From: Toensbergia leucococca
Taxonomy: Eukaryota
Assembly: GCA_022813965.1 (NCBI GenBank)
Contig: JALDZS010000012.1
Span: 62,001 to 126,000 of the forward strand
Length of the DNA stretch: 64,000 nucleotides
Direction: 5' to 3'
A program made the translations under genes and the position numbers. This document shows, one piece after another, positions 10,346 through 22,985 of this stretch (the stretch's first letter is position 1; the number at the start of each line of letters is the position of its first letter). The notes under the pieces were generated by a model, which made no database searches, was not told where the DNA came from, and worked only from the letters and a program-made list of their open reading frames with translations.

Positions 10346-11408
10346 CAAAATGTGAAAGACATTGATTTTGTGATTATTTTTCACAGCTGACATGTTATAC
10401 TTCATGAACAAGCCAGAAAAAGAAGCGGCCCAAGAATGAATCGGAAGCAAAAGATCAAACATAATTTCCATTTTATTTGTAAATTAGGAATTGAAACGGT
10501 AGAAAGTCATATAGCCGGGTAGAGGGGATGTTGTGGCATCTATGAAATCACAAGAAGGAGCAGCTAAAATGATACCAGGCGTTGATGGAGAATATCTCGA
10601 AGTAAATCCTAGATATTGTGTAGAGCTGGGATATGCATGTCTCATACAAGCGCACATGGAACCAGGAGACCACATTGTGAACGGCTTGCGATCGAGATAT
10701 CAGCATGCGAATTGATGCACCTTACAAGCAGTACAAGTTTTCCTTGAAAGAGAGATGCATAGAGAAACATATATGCATTTGACAAGCAATATAACATCAA
10801 TGCACATTTGAACTCTCACACTTGAAAGTCAAAGGCTTGCTCTGAAAAGGGTTGCGAATCAAGAAATGTGATCTCAGCCTGGTATGCCAGTTGATCTAGA
10901 AAGCTGTCCTGGCGAGCCTGACAAAAGAGAGCTTCTTAATGTCGGATCAAAGCCTTTAGAAGGACCGCACACGCATCAGAATTTCGACAAGATGATGTGA
11001 GCAATTGAAGCAGAAGTCGCATGTCGCCGAGCTGCATTCGTAGATGGCGAGGTCCTAAACCTTAGATCCAAGCTGCTCGTGAAAGAGGAAAAGCAAAAAG
11101 AAAAAGACTGCTTAGAGTTGGCCGAACTCAACTTTGAAGGGAATATCAACCCTCATTCAGCATTTGTGTTTTTGCACGTGCCAGAGCCTGAACCTCTTAC
11201 GAGTATATACTGGGCCCAACCCCGCTGCAAAGTCTATCGTTGCAAAATCCATCGTTGTAAACCTCTGCGTTACACTCTCAGTCAGAGAAAGAGGTTAGAG
11301 AGAAGAAACAGCTTTATTTCAACGTCTCATTGCCTCATTAGTTAGATTCTTAGCAATTCAATAGTATACTGAACGTAATTACATTCTTCTCATCTCCAGC
11401 CCCTCTTT

Positions 11409-13347
11409 ATGGAGAAAGTACAACAATCCAGGGTGGGACGACTTGTGGACAAGTTGGCCGTGTCGAACGAGCCAGGCCTGACAAATGGCCAATTGATGTT
11501 GACCAATCATGATTTGAAGTCAGGTAGGTAGGAGAAGGCAATTAAGGTCATCGCATTGCTGAATATATCATAGTCGAGCCCCAACGTCGTCAATGGGGTG
11601 CTTGGAACTTCGTGGTAAGCTAGATTCTTGAATGGGTATATCAGAGTTTCAAGTAACGCTGTTGGATAGGGCTTTTGGATAGCAGACTCCTTCAACATCA
11701 ACACATGGATGATCTCATCGTCCATGATTATTGGAGGCCTGTCATGGTGGCAATCATGGCTTTGTGTATGGATTGGTTACATGATTTCTGCTTGTTTCAT
11801 CTGCCTGACGGGGCACATTGGCGCCACTTATCACATACCTTTCCCTGTCGTCACTCGAGCATCTTTTGGTATTTGGGGATCCTTGTGGCCAGTCTTCAAC
11901 CGCGCGGGAATGGCTTGCGTATGGTATGGAGTACAATCCTGGATCGGAGGTCAGTCTCCTTCTCTGGGTACTGATATACACTTTTTGACCCATTCGTTCA
12001 GGCGAATGCGTGACCCTTATGCTTCGAGCCATCTGGTCCGGTTACGCAAATCTACCAAACCACCTGCCAGCAAGTTCAGGTACTGATTCCATGGACTTTC
12101 TTAGCTTTTTCTTGTTTTGGGCTTTCAGTTTGCCAGCGATCTGGTTCCCGGTGCATGAGATCCGCCATCTATTCACCGTCAAGGCATTTTTCGTTCCCTG
12201 CGCTGGTGTGGCTTATTTCATCTGGGCTATAACCAAGGCCCGTGGACTCGGACCTATCGTTCATCAAGGAAGCACTATTCACGGGAGCGTACTGGCCTGG
12301 GGTATGGTCAAAGGCATAATGTCTTCGATTGCCAACTTTGCCACTTTGATCGTCAATGATCCTGACTTTGCACGTTTTGCTAGAAAGCCCAAGGACGCTC
12401 TGTGGTCTCAGTTATTTACTATCCCCATCGGCTTTGCGATCACATCTTTCATTGGCATCATCGTTTCCTCTTCCTCCAAGGTCATCTATGGACAAGCTAT
12501 TTGGAACCCTTTGAGTCTGCTGAGTAACTTCCTCGACGGAGCTAGCCTTGGAGAAAGATTCGGTGTTTTTGTGATCGCTTTCGCTTTCGCCTTGGCTCAA
12601 CTCGGCACCAATATTGCTGCCAACTCAGTCTCGGCAGGTACTGATATGGCGGCGCTCTTCCCTCGCTATCTGAACATTCGCCGGGGAGGATATATATGTG
12701 CCATTATCGGTCTTGGCATGTGTCCTTGGTATGCTTCTCTTTAAGTTGCTTCGCTCTCTCGATAACGTGCATCACTAATACTCGCTAGGAATCTTCTGTC
12801 TTCCTCGAATAGTTTCACCACATATCTTTCCGCTTACTCGGTTTTCCTCTCATCAATGGCAGGCCCCATCATCTGCGATTATTACCTCGTTCGCAAGGGC
12901 TACTATCAGATCAAAGACTTTTATGACGCCCGTGCATCCAGCCCTTATTATTACTGTTTCGGGTTTCACTGGCGGGGCTACACGGCCTACATCTGCGGCA
13001 TTCTCATCAACATCGTTGGCTTCGTCGGAGCTATCAAGGGCGCAGGCGTCAACGGGCAAGACAATGTACCACTTGGTGCGCAGTATATCTACAACGTCAA
13101 TTTCTTTGCCGGTTTCCTCGTTTCTGCCGGTGTTTATTATGCATTGTGCAGAATCTCGCCTATCCCTGCGACGAGCGATCACTGGAAGGAGATTGGTGAC
13201 GAGATCACGGATATCAGTCTAGTGTACCACGACTCGAATACCTTTGACGAAGAGCGCATGTTGGGGTCAGATCAGATGAAAGGCCAGGATTTGAAGGACG
13301 GTGGTGTCAGGGAGAGAAACGTAGCTTCGGATTTCGAAAGCACGTAA
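11409..13347 (+). CDS. NCS1-family uracil/allantoin permease (Fur4/FurD-like)
   Basis: 5 exons. Motifs [74 protein letters not shown]; many TM helices. Confidence 0.93.
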
Positions 13348-14110
13348 CACGAGGACCGTGACGATATCATGATGTTGACGTATCACACGGCCGTATAGTA
13401 TGTAGTTCAAGTATCAATTTTTATATCTCTCAAGTCAGCTGGTGGGGGTTTTCCGGATTTTCCAGGCAACGATGACAACAGCAAGATTTGACGAAGATTC
13501 CTTGGATAAGGTAAGTCGTAGTTGGAGTAAGCGCGGAGTCGGAAGCATAAAACAGTGGCCAGAGCGTGGGAGATCAGTCGAGGGCTCAGCTTGATGTCGG
13601 ATTGATCTGTATGAGGCTTCTCTTGCCGGTTGTAACCTGGTTTAGTGCTTTAGGCATTAATCAATCAAGGATGCGCAGCGGATACTGGAACATGACGTAC
13701 GAGCCAGGCAGAGCTGCCTGCATGAATGGTCAAAGATTCTTTGGTGGTAATCGATCCAAGCAAAACCAGGCGACGGGCTTAGTCGAGCACAGCCTGGAAG
13801 TGGAAGTGGAAGCGTCTCCAGCGCTTCGAGGCCTCCTACTAACCGGGCGCAGAGTGGGTTTGATAGGTCTGCCGGTGTCGCCGGTGTATCATCACACTAC
13901 CCCTCCATCGTAGAACACCCGCATTGAGGCGGGACTTATTTCCCTCACCCTTTTTCATCTCAACTTGCTGTATCATTAAGGTATCACCACCTGAGTGACA
14001 CCTGAGGCTCTGGCCCATTTTGGCAGTGCATAAGAAAGCCTGACTTCCCACTTTCATCATGTCTTACCCTCACTCCTACCCACGCGCCCTCCATTCGCAC
14101 TGCAGTCACC

Positions 14111-16511
14111 ATGTCCATCGTGGAAGACAAGCCTGCAGCTACTCGTCCCTCGCTTTATGCAGCCATCAGGCTGGCTCGTCTCGTTCTCAATTTCCGCGCC
14201 CGCCTAAAGGCTCGAGTCCAGAGACGCGGACTGTCAATCAAACCTTTCATCGCCGACCAGAAGGAATCTTTCAAGATTCAGGCCTACAAGGCCATCAACC
14301 GGCAAGTACAAACCCCTTTGACTTCCCAGCCAGGCCGCTAACCACCTTCTCTAAGAGTTTCCAAACCTCGCAGGCATAGTGATAGTGAAGTATTTTACCA
14401 TGCCAATCCAGACGTCATCCAAGGGCAGCAGTTGAAAACATCAAGGTGGGTACATTTCATGTATGCCTAAAACTAGTCCTAATAGGCTGCACCGTGTAGA
14501 TTGCTCGGAGACATTGACTCATATGCTAAGCCTGGAAGCCTCTCCGTGACTACTGTTGCTGCCCAAGACAGTTTGTTCCTACAGCACGACGTACAGAAGC
14601 TCGCAAATGGCCTTAGCATCGTGGGTCTCAGACATCTTTTGGATCGAATCATCCTGGTGCTTGAAGCGCTGCAGTCTCTAAAAAATGCCCGTGCCGAACC
14701 ACAGGGCACCAGCGCTCGTGACTTAGCTTGCCATGATTACACTTGTGAGAAGTTCATTGCCAACCTGGAGCACTTGCTTCAGTGCTTGGGCGACGTTGTT
14801 TTCGAGGCAATAATATATCATAAGCAAATCGAAAAAGAAGTTGACGATTTGCACTGGTACAAATACTGGCGGCAGCAACGAGAGACTGATGATGGGTGGT
14901 TTTCAGAGTGGCCAAATAGTCGGCATCCACTCAGTACGACTTGGCCATGGAACGTGAAACCGTCTCTTTTAGTCTTATGGGGTGTATGCTGGATGTTCTT
15001 TGACAACGAGGCGAGCAATGAAGGCGAGGACCTTGGTAATGGGAACAATATCTGGCCGCAGCGGCAACAGCCTCGACGCATCGCCAATCCGAATCTTAGT
15101 AAGCGTTGCAATGGTAGTCTACAAATGTTTGACTAATACAGCCAACGCAGATCTCGCAAATTGGATGAACAATACTAATTCTGATCTTTCCGACTTTTTT
15201 ATCGGTGCTCAAGTGGCGACAGGTGGCAATTTAAATAATGGTGCTAGTGGTGAGTCATACGCGTCGCGCGGTCACAAGACCTTCACGTGCTATGACTAAC
15301 CCCCAAAACAGGCATCCCTGACTTCGTCCTGCCTGGCTATGAGGAGTACACACCGGCATCAAGCTCTTATAGATCTGTGAACTCCACCCTGTCTTCGGCC
15401 ACTTTTTCAACCCCAACAAATGCATGGCTTGATAATCAAAACATCGACATTTCCTCCTCTTACAATTATGATAATTGTAACTGGCAAACCCCCTTTAGCA
15501 ATCCACAACATCAAGGATCGACACTGCAAAATCATTCAAGAGGCGAAGACCTTTTTTCAACCCCCTGTTCTCGACCGACGAGTACTCCCTATTCCTCGGA
15601 ATCGCCCTTGGTCTATAGGACAGAGGGTACTAGAAACAACAATCTGAGTCTTCAGATACCTATGAACAACCTACACAATTATCCTCCGAGCCCCCACAGT
15701 GAGAACTCAAATCCTGGAATTTCTCCATGTTCCACATCATACCGGAATTCGGGGCTAGGGGGGTCTCCAAGTACTATAGAGAGCCGAGAAGGAGGGGAAT
15801 CGGCAGTAGAAAGAAAAATGTCTCACGAGCCAGCTCCACGACACGCAGACGGCACCATTTACTGCGATCGCGAAGAGTGTGCTACAGACCCACCTGTTTT
15901 CCTACGCAAATGCGAGTGGACGTAAGTCATTAACCCCTTTTCCTCGAATCCTTCAAAGCTAATACATCGTTCCTAGTAAGCATATGGATAAGCATACACG
16001 CCCCTACCTTTGCGAGGAACCTGGCTGTGAAAAAATCCGTGGCTTCACTTACTCAGGCGGCCTCCTCCGCCATCAACGCGAAGTCCACAAAAAACACGGC
16101 GGGCCCAAGGTAACCTGCATGTGCCCATTCCAGGACTGCAAGCGCAGCACCGGCACCGGTTTCTCGCGAAAAGAAAATCTGCACGAGCATCTCCGTCGCG
16201 TCCATCGTGACTCCCGTGAACCCGCCAATCCTCAACCCGCTGTCGTATCTCCTTCGCCATCCAAACCTTCTAGTCATCAGAGTCTTGGGGTTCTGGGACG
16301 GAAGCGCAGGAGGGGGCCTGCAACTGTGGATGATGGGGATGGAAGGAAAGATGATGGTGCTGTGGATGAGGCCAAGGGTTGGAAGGAGGAGGTGAAGCGC
16401 CTGAGGAAGGAGGGTGCCGATAAGGATGAGAGACTTCGGCGGCTGGAGCGTACGGTTTTACAGCTGCAGCAGATGGCGGGGGTGCGAGTAAGGTCTTCTC
16501 AGGGTGAATAG
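14111..16511 (+). CDS. C2H2 zinc-finger transcription factor with Trp-rich N-terminal domain, 6 exons
   Basis: Five introns join ORF pieces 14111, 14501, 14982, 15377 and 15984 in frame. Fingers: CDREEC...KHMDKH, CEEPGC...RHQREVH, CPFQDC...EHLRRVH. Basic NLS (RKRRR) and a C-terminal coiled coil. Confidence 0.8.
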
Positions 16512-17148
16512 TTTGAGCGAGTGGCTGTAGGATTATTTGGATCGGTCTTGTTTGGGAGTGGGGAGTAGGGGTGCTTGGGCGTTTGAGAAGATGGGCAACG
16601 ATATTTTGTTATTGGGTGGCAGGAAGAGTTTTGTTTTCCCTACTCTTTCATATCTCCTCTGTGCTTTCGTAGCGTTTATCCTCTTTCTCCTTTTGTTGCA
16701 GACTTTTGTACTACCATCCTAATGATACGTTTTCCGTCTGCTACTATAGAATTACCAACATGGTATTTCCTCTCCATAGAAAAGAAAAATCAAAAAAAGG
16801 GGAGGGTTAGGATCCCTGCTATAGATACTTACCGCTATACCTTTCCAAAAGTGCTTTTTTTTTCAAATTCGTGTGTGAATAAAACGCCTTCCCTTCGCTC
16901 TCTCCTCAGCCTGAATGAACAACGATAGATGAACAAGAGGATCAGATTCCGTGTGCTGGATACTAAACCTCTTCTCTGTTTCTCATTTGTCAATCCCTAC
17001 TCTACCAATAGCCATTCCGCTCTCAACTCGAAAGAAAAAGCGCCTCTCAAACAAGAACAAAGGAATTGAAATGGTCACATTGTTCTAGCTAGCTATTCTA
17101 GCGTCGTCATACGTGGTACGCATGATGGCATCATAGCAGGCCTCGGAG

Positions 17149-17188
17149 CAACAACGATAACAACAACAACAACAACAACAACAATAAC
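17149..17188. repeat. (AAC)n microsatellite
   Basis: About 8 perfect AAC units with imperfect flanks. Confidence 0.9.
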
Positions 17189-17537
17189 GGCGGACTTTTG
17201 GAAAAAAAGTGAAAGTGGGATTTTAATTGTTTTTGGTATCCGATCCGTAGAAAATGGCCATTAGAAACGATCCCCACCTCCAGATTTCCGCTCACATCTG
17301 CAATCGCCCGAAACATCCGGAAATGATGCTACTTCCATCAAGAGAATGCTTCGATTCGGGACTTTGGGGAGGGGGGAAATGGCAAAGTGACGATTTTGCC
17401 AAAAAGAAAGAAAAGGAACGGGGAAAAAAACGCTTATCTTATCTCCGTCCCGCCCCCCTCCTCCTCCTTCAAACCACCCCCTCCCCTCCCTCTCTCTCCC
17501 AGGGAAAACTCCCCCAACCCAAGAACCAATACCCACA

Positions 17538-18602
17538 ATGCCTCTCTCCCCCCCCGCCTCTCCAACACTCAACGCCCCCACCACCACTACAGAAGATGAA
17601 GAAGGAGAAGAAGAAGACCCAGCCATAAAATCCCGCTCAACAAACCTATCCTGGTACGCACCCTCCAGCGCCTTCGTCGGCCCCAACGCAAGAGCCATCT
17701 CCGCAGCCGGCCGCGCCCTGCTGGAAAATTACTCCGGCATAGCGCCCGAGGACGTAGTGGCGCATGTGCTCGAAATCGTAAGTCTTCCCCCATGTACCCC
17801 ACAAACAAACTTCCCCTATCCCCCCCAAACAAGCAAAAAAACCACGCAAAGACTCAAGGAAAAAAACAATTCATAGCGCCGTCGCGCCTGGGCTCACTTC
17901 CCCTACCCCTGCATCGGCCAGCTCAAGTTCCTCTCCCCGGAAATCGCCCTCTCGCCCCTCTACCCCTTCATTCTCTCGCGCCTGATCTCCGACCCGAGCA
18001 CCACCCTCCTCGACCTCGGCTGCTGCTTCGCGCAGGATATTCGGCAGCTGGTGCTTTCGGGGGCGCCGCCCGCGTCGCTGTACGCGTGCGATTTGCGGCC
18101 TGAGTTTTTGGAGCTGGGGTTCGAGTTGTTTCGGGATCGGGGGACGCTGGTTGGGGCGCATTTTTTTGTGGCGGATGTTTTGGGTGATGGTGAGGATGCG
18201 TCTGTTTCCTCTGCTGGTGGGGGGGATGGGTTGAGGGAGTTGGAGGGGAAGATTGATGTGGTGTATGCGGCCAATTTTTTACATTTGTTTGGGTGGGAGG
18301 ATCAGGTTCGGGTTTGCAAGCGGATTGTCAGGTTGTTGAGGCCGAGGAAGGGGAGTTTGGTTTTTGGGAGGCAGGTGGGGGATTTGGAGGCGGGGGAGTA
18401 TAGGCATCCGAGTAATAAGGGGGGTGTGATGTTGAGGCATGATGGGGCGAGCTTTGAGAGGATGTGGAGGTTGGTTGGGGAGGAGACGGGGACGAGGTGG
18501 GGGGTTCGGTCGAGTTTGGTTGGTGGGGAAATGGAGTGGAGGGAGTGGATGAAAGAGGGAAGGGCAAGGAGGCTGGTGTGGGAGGTTGAGAGGGAAGAGT
18601 AA
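17538..18602 (+). CDS. SAM-dependent methyltransferase (AusD/Trt5-like family)
   Basis: Intron 17778-17876. Motifs LLENYSGI, RAWAHFPYPCIGQLKFL, LLDLGCCFAQDIRQL, LGFELFRD, FLHLFGWEDQ, FGRQVG. Confidence 0.88.
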
Positions 18603-18733
18603 GGGGGGTGTTGGCTCACGTCTTAAGAGGGATCGGAGAGAATCTAAGCTGGATGCTATCCTTCTACTTTAGGAGACCGAGCCTCCTGAGCATAAGCAGT
18701 AACGCTGTAGCCGTGAAATGGACAAGCCAAAGC

Positions 18734-20947
18734 TCAGTCTTCCTCAATTTCTTCCTCCTCCGCGCCTGGGAGCCACGTTCGCCTCGAATCTCGGCGCTTG
18801 TCTGCTCCCATTTTCCTACTGATACCAGTCTGGGCTCTGCCAAGAAGTATGGGGGGAGGATTCGCCGCTTGGGATCCTATGAAAGGAGAAGGCTTCCTGA
18901 AGAGGATCCTCTGGCGAACCTGGAGATTGTGCGGTGTCGGTGAAGAGGAAGTGAAATCACGCTGGAGCTCGTCGGTGGAGTATTCAATGGCGCCCAGTGC
19001 TAGGGAAGTGTCGCGTGTAAAAGCATCGTGGCTTAGATTGAGAGATGTCCTGCGAAGGGAAGAGGGTGAACTTTCAGAGACGTTTGCAAGATTCGAAAGT
19101 TTATCAATTGCGGGATTGGGGCTGGATGCTGGGCTTTGACTGCTGTCTTCTTCGCGATCAGCGAGCATGGAGGATGCATCGGCGGATTGATAAGTTGTCG
19201 ACGCTAAATCTCTGTAACTGTCCACGTCTCGCTCGGCGAGCATCGAGGATGTCTCAACTGGATGGCTTTGTGCTAATCTGAAGCCCTGGTCATTGTCCTC
19301 ACCAGGCTCTGCAAGCATTGAAGATATATCAACTACGCATCCTTTCTTCGACTTTGAGCCTTCGTCATCTAGCTCTACAAGCATCGAAGAATCACCGTGT
19401 TCATAATTGTTGCTGAGAGCTAGATCCTCATAACTTTCCTCATCTTTTTCTCGAAAGTGACCAAACACGAAGTCATACCACATGGCGTCTTCATCTTGAG
19501 GTGCGCTGATGTTAGACTCATCCTTTTTGACGATAGCCTCCACTTTCGTTTCTGACTGATTTACAACGGCTGGATTTTTGTTTAAATTTCCCTCCGTAGT
19601 ACTGCTCGCCGTAGGTAGTGCCGTTGAAACATTTCCAGGCACAACATTTTGGGCGGCAATGCGGGCAGTCGCATGATTCAAAATATCAGCAACGTCAAGC
19701 GAAGTTGCCTTGCTTAAAGGAGATAAGTTGAGCCCATCACTTCTTCTTACACTCTTCAGATTAGCAAGGTCCAACGCCGTCGCCTTTGCCAGTGAAGATG
19801 TAGAGACTTTCAGGTTTTTGGGTTCAGTATCTGCCATTCTTGCCCATGCCGCCTGGTCGCTGTTCCGGCTCGTTGGACGCTCACACCCATCACCAGTGCA
19901 ATTTTGAGGACTTAGGTGACTTTCATCAGACGCTTGGGTAAAGGATTTATCGCTCGGTCGAGGTGCCTCACCAAATGACCGCAAACGGTCAGAGAGTGAC
20001 GACGATAACGCGCTTGATGTGAAAGCGTCATTCCTTCGACTAGCATGGATAGAGCGACCGACCATGGATCCATTCTCTGCATCAAGGAGCATCTCATCTG
20101 ACTTATCACTGTATTGACTGGCCTTTGGAGTGGCGGCAAGATCTGTGTGTGTTCTCTGACTTCCATGAATAATGGATCCTATTCTAATACTGATATCATT
20201 CTCACTCAGGTATCCCTCTGAGAGTAGTCGTCGTCTCTCAGGAGTGTCGAATTCATCACTTTGCAGCTTAAAGCTTTTGCGAGTAGGCCTAATACCGTGG
20301 ACATGATGGCCCTTCTTCACTGGATGACGTTTGCCTATCAGATCACGATCACTAGTATCTGGGAACACGATCTTTACAGGCCTTGTTGGTCCAAGACCAA
20401 CCCAATCTTTCTGCTGGAGTAGAGCTTGCCTTTTTTCTTCTAGGGTTTGTTGTGAAGCAGGGTGACTCCTCCTCTCAGACCTTGATCGATCGTTATCACA
20501 TTGGAGATCCTCGGTATCTCTAGCCCTTTTCGTCGATCGTGAGAAAGGGGTGGAGCTAGAGTCTTTAATTCGCACGGAAGGGCTGCATTGGATAACAGCA
20601 CGGGAAAGCGTTTGATTCCCCAGCTTGTCAAGAGGTCGTCTTGTTACATTAGAGGAACCATGTCGTGGTCTTAGAGAATCTAGCCGTTTTACCAGCGGTG
20701 CATTATTATCAAAGTCCTCAAGTTTGCTCTGTGTGCGTTCATCTTGGCGCTGTCCGCTCATCCATTTTGAATTCGTCAGTTTGCTGCCTTCATCGTCATC
20801 CTCAGCAAAAGAGAATTGAAAATCCGACAAAGTGCAAGGTCTCTTATTTGACTTTGCACGAACTTTGGCGAAATGCTTCTTCTGTACCGCGGACAGTGCT
20901 GTCCCCGCATTCCGAGACCTTTGCAGACGACCCCCGGTCCAATTCAT
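18734..20947 (-). CDS. Hypothetical protein, largely low-complexity/disordered
   Basis: 737-aa intronless ORF. The N-terminus MNWTGGRLQRSR...QKKHFAK and the LLQQKDWVGL segment resemble a recurrent uncharacterised Pezizomycotina family. Confidence 0.8.
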   Translation of the reverse strand: MNWTGGRLQRSRNAGTALSAVQKKHFAKVRAKSNKRPCTLSDFQFSFAEDDDEGSKLTNSKWMSGQRQDERTQSKLEDFDNNAPLVKRLDSLRPRHGSSNVTRRPLDKLGNQTLSRAVIQCSPSVRIKDSSSTPFSRSTKRARDTEDLQCDNDRSRSERRSHPASQQTLEEKRQALLQQKDWVGLGPTRPVKIVFPDTSDRDLIGKRHPVKKGHHVHGIRPTRKSFKLQSDEFDTPERRRLLSEGYLSENDISIRIGSIIHGSQRTHTDLAATPKASQYSDKSDEMLLDAENGSMVGRSIHASRRNDAFTSSALSSSLSDRLRSFGEAPRPSDKSFTQASDESHLSPQNCTGDGCERPTSRNSDQAAWARMADTEPKNLKVSTSSLAKATALDLANLKSVRRSDGLNLSPLSKATSLDVADILNHATARIAAQNVVPGNVSTALPTASSTTEGNLNKNPAVVNQSETKVEAIVKKDESNISAPQDEDAMWYDFVFGHFREKDEESYEDLALSNNYEHGDSSMLVELDDEGSKSKKGCVVDISSMLAEPGEDNDQGFRLAQSHPVETSSMLAERDVDSYRDLASTTYQSADASSMLADREEDSSQSPASSPNPAIDKLSNLANVSESSPSSLRRTSLNLSHDAFTRDTSLALGAIEYSTDELQRDFTSSSPTPHNLQVRQRILFRKPSPFIGSQAANPPPILLGRAQTGISRKMGADKRRDSRRTWLPGAEEEEIEED

Positions 20948-22985
20948 GTTCTGCTTTGCATTGATAGCAGTCTGTATGTAACAAATGGTGTACTAAGATG
21001 GATCTGAGATGATTCACCCTCGGCGATTTATGCGGCATCGAAGCGGTATCAAAGCCCTAAATCATTATCGTTAAGCGATTCGGGTGCCGATGCACGCCGC
21101 TATTGATTGTTCATCATGTCAAACAGAGGGTCAATCTCCCGAGTACTACATCAGTAGAATGACTTGGCTTGAATGGTCGGCTGACTCGTTGCCTGTTATC
21201 ATGCAGATTATGGAGGCACAGGTAAAGGATGCTCACTGGGTGACGGGATAATCTCTCTTACAGAAACGGGCAGAGACGGCTTGAGCAGTGAGCAATAATT
21301 GGTGCAAGGAGGCTAGGGTGCTGCAAGTCTGCAAGTCATTCGCAGCACGTGGTTGTGCACAGCATGTATCATGTTTGTCATTGCTGCATGAGATCATGCA
21401 GGAGGGTAGGATCCTGTGGGGAAATTACGTGGGGCTGGGGAAGGACACGACAGTCGTCGCAGGCCAACTTCGTGTAGAATCATTCAGCGACGGAGATTAG
21501 ATCAAAGCCCTGCACCTGGCGATGACGACTTTGACCTCGCATGTTTCGTGACCGCGGATGCCAAACGACGGTGTAGCCAACGATCCTTCTCCATCCTGAT
21601 TTCTGACCAAACAAGGACCCTGATCCTCCACGGGAAAAGGCTACGAAAGGATAACGGGCTGTGTGGGTGAGGGATCGAGGCAGCTTACTGGACCGTAGGC
21701 TTCAGCGGCATGGGACTCGTATGCACCGGCACAGCCTTGAAAACAGGATGTGTCACATTTCATGCGATACAGGCGAAAGCATAATTGATAGCGACTGTTA
21801 CTTGCCAAAGAAAAGCAAGAATGGCTTCGCGATAATGATGACCTACTGATGACTAAAGGAAAGGGGCTCTGTGTCGAAAATTCTGTCGAGCCCAGTGAGC
21901 TGGTTAGAGTAAAGCCTAACAGCAAAGAAAAGGGATCGTTTCAGGGGTCAACCCTACATGTACCGTTGTCTGGGTAGACTTGCCGTCCGTATCGATACCA
22001 GCTTGAGAAAAGAATACCAAGATTACGATATCCGTACCGTCGAGGAATCAATACCGGAGGTCTTGATCTAATCAATCAGGGTTAGCGTACTTCATTGAAC
22101 AATAAAGACTCTCAGAACATCTGATAGCATACTTGAGATTGACTTCTTCGAACTGGCTGGAATTTTCTCTTTTTCACTTCACTCTAATAATAGAATATCG
22201 GCAACGAATGAATGGTGTAAGGTGATTATACACTTGAGCTTCTCTTCGGATGTTGGCGTTAAATTACCAGAACAGTGGGCCATCGGCTGCATGATACGGT
22301 ATCCTTTCTAAGCTGAAACGGTATCTTTACGGTATCAGCGTTAATTTACGGTAACTGGCCTAGTCAAGGAACAAAGGAATACCCTATAGCCAGAATAAGC
22401 ATGTAGGTAGGCTCCGCCAATGCCGTAGCCGTTGAGTCAGTCTCACACCACCTTTTTATTTCTTATTTGTAGAAAATCATCCCTCCTAATCCTCTGTCAC
22501 CCCAGACACACCACTATCTTGCGCCTGTCAATAAATCCATGCCTCTGCAAACACGCATCGTTTGACACGATAAGGCTGTCCTCATTGCATCACCTTAATG
22601 CTCCTTCCTCATCACTGCCGGCGTGTTCCTATTCCGTTTCAGCCTTAGCTCCCCCATCTGCCCTGCGTCCTGAGCGCACAAGCATTCACCCGAGTATCAC
22701 GAGCTTTGCGACACAAGCAAACCCCACAAACGCTCAGACGCTCAGACGTTCAGCTTCACCTGTGCCTGGAACCTTCGCCGGCCAGTGAATTGCGAGGCCA
22801 TTAGGTCACCTTTCGCTTCCGATTGACCTCTGCCCTCTGGAAGGGCATCCAGCAATGCAGCAAATCAATGGATATCCGACTACCTGAGCATCTGCACTAC
22901 CACATTTCATTCCTCATCTGCAAGACGACTAGAATAATCGCAGATCCTTCCTCGAAATCTGCCAGGTTGCAGTACATAACCCAGG

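Noticed and set aside
9725..10471. 248-aa ORF as an intact gene
   Set aside because: It is a chimera of unrelated upstream sequence, an RT fragment and read-through across the foldback arm, and it lacks YxDD.
14111..18602. Transcription factor plus AusD-like methyltransferase as a secondary-metabolite cluster
   Set aside because: No PKS, NRPS, terpene synthase or other tailoring genes are present in the window.
21000..22300. Short ORFs between the hypothetical gene and PLC1
   Set aside because: No recognisable motif or consistent exon structure. Possibly decayed sequence, but unsupported.
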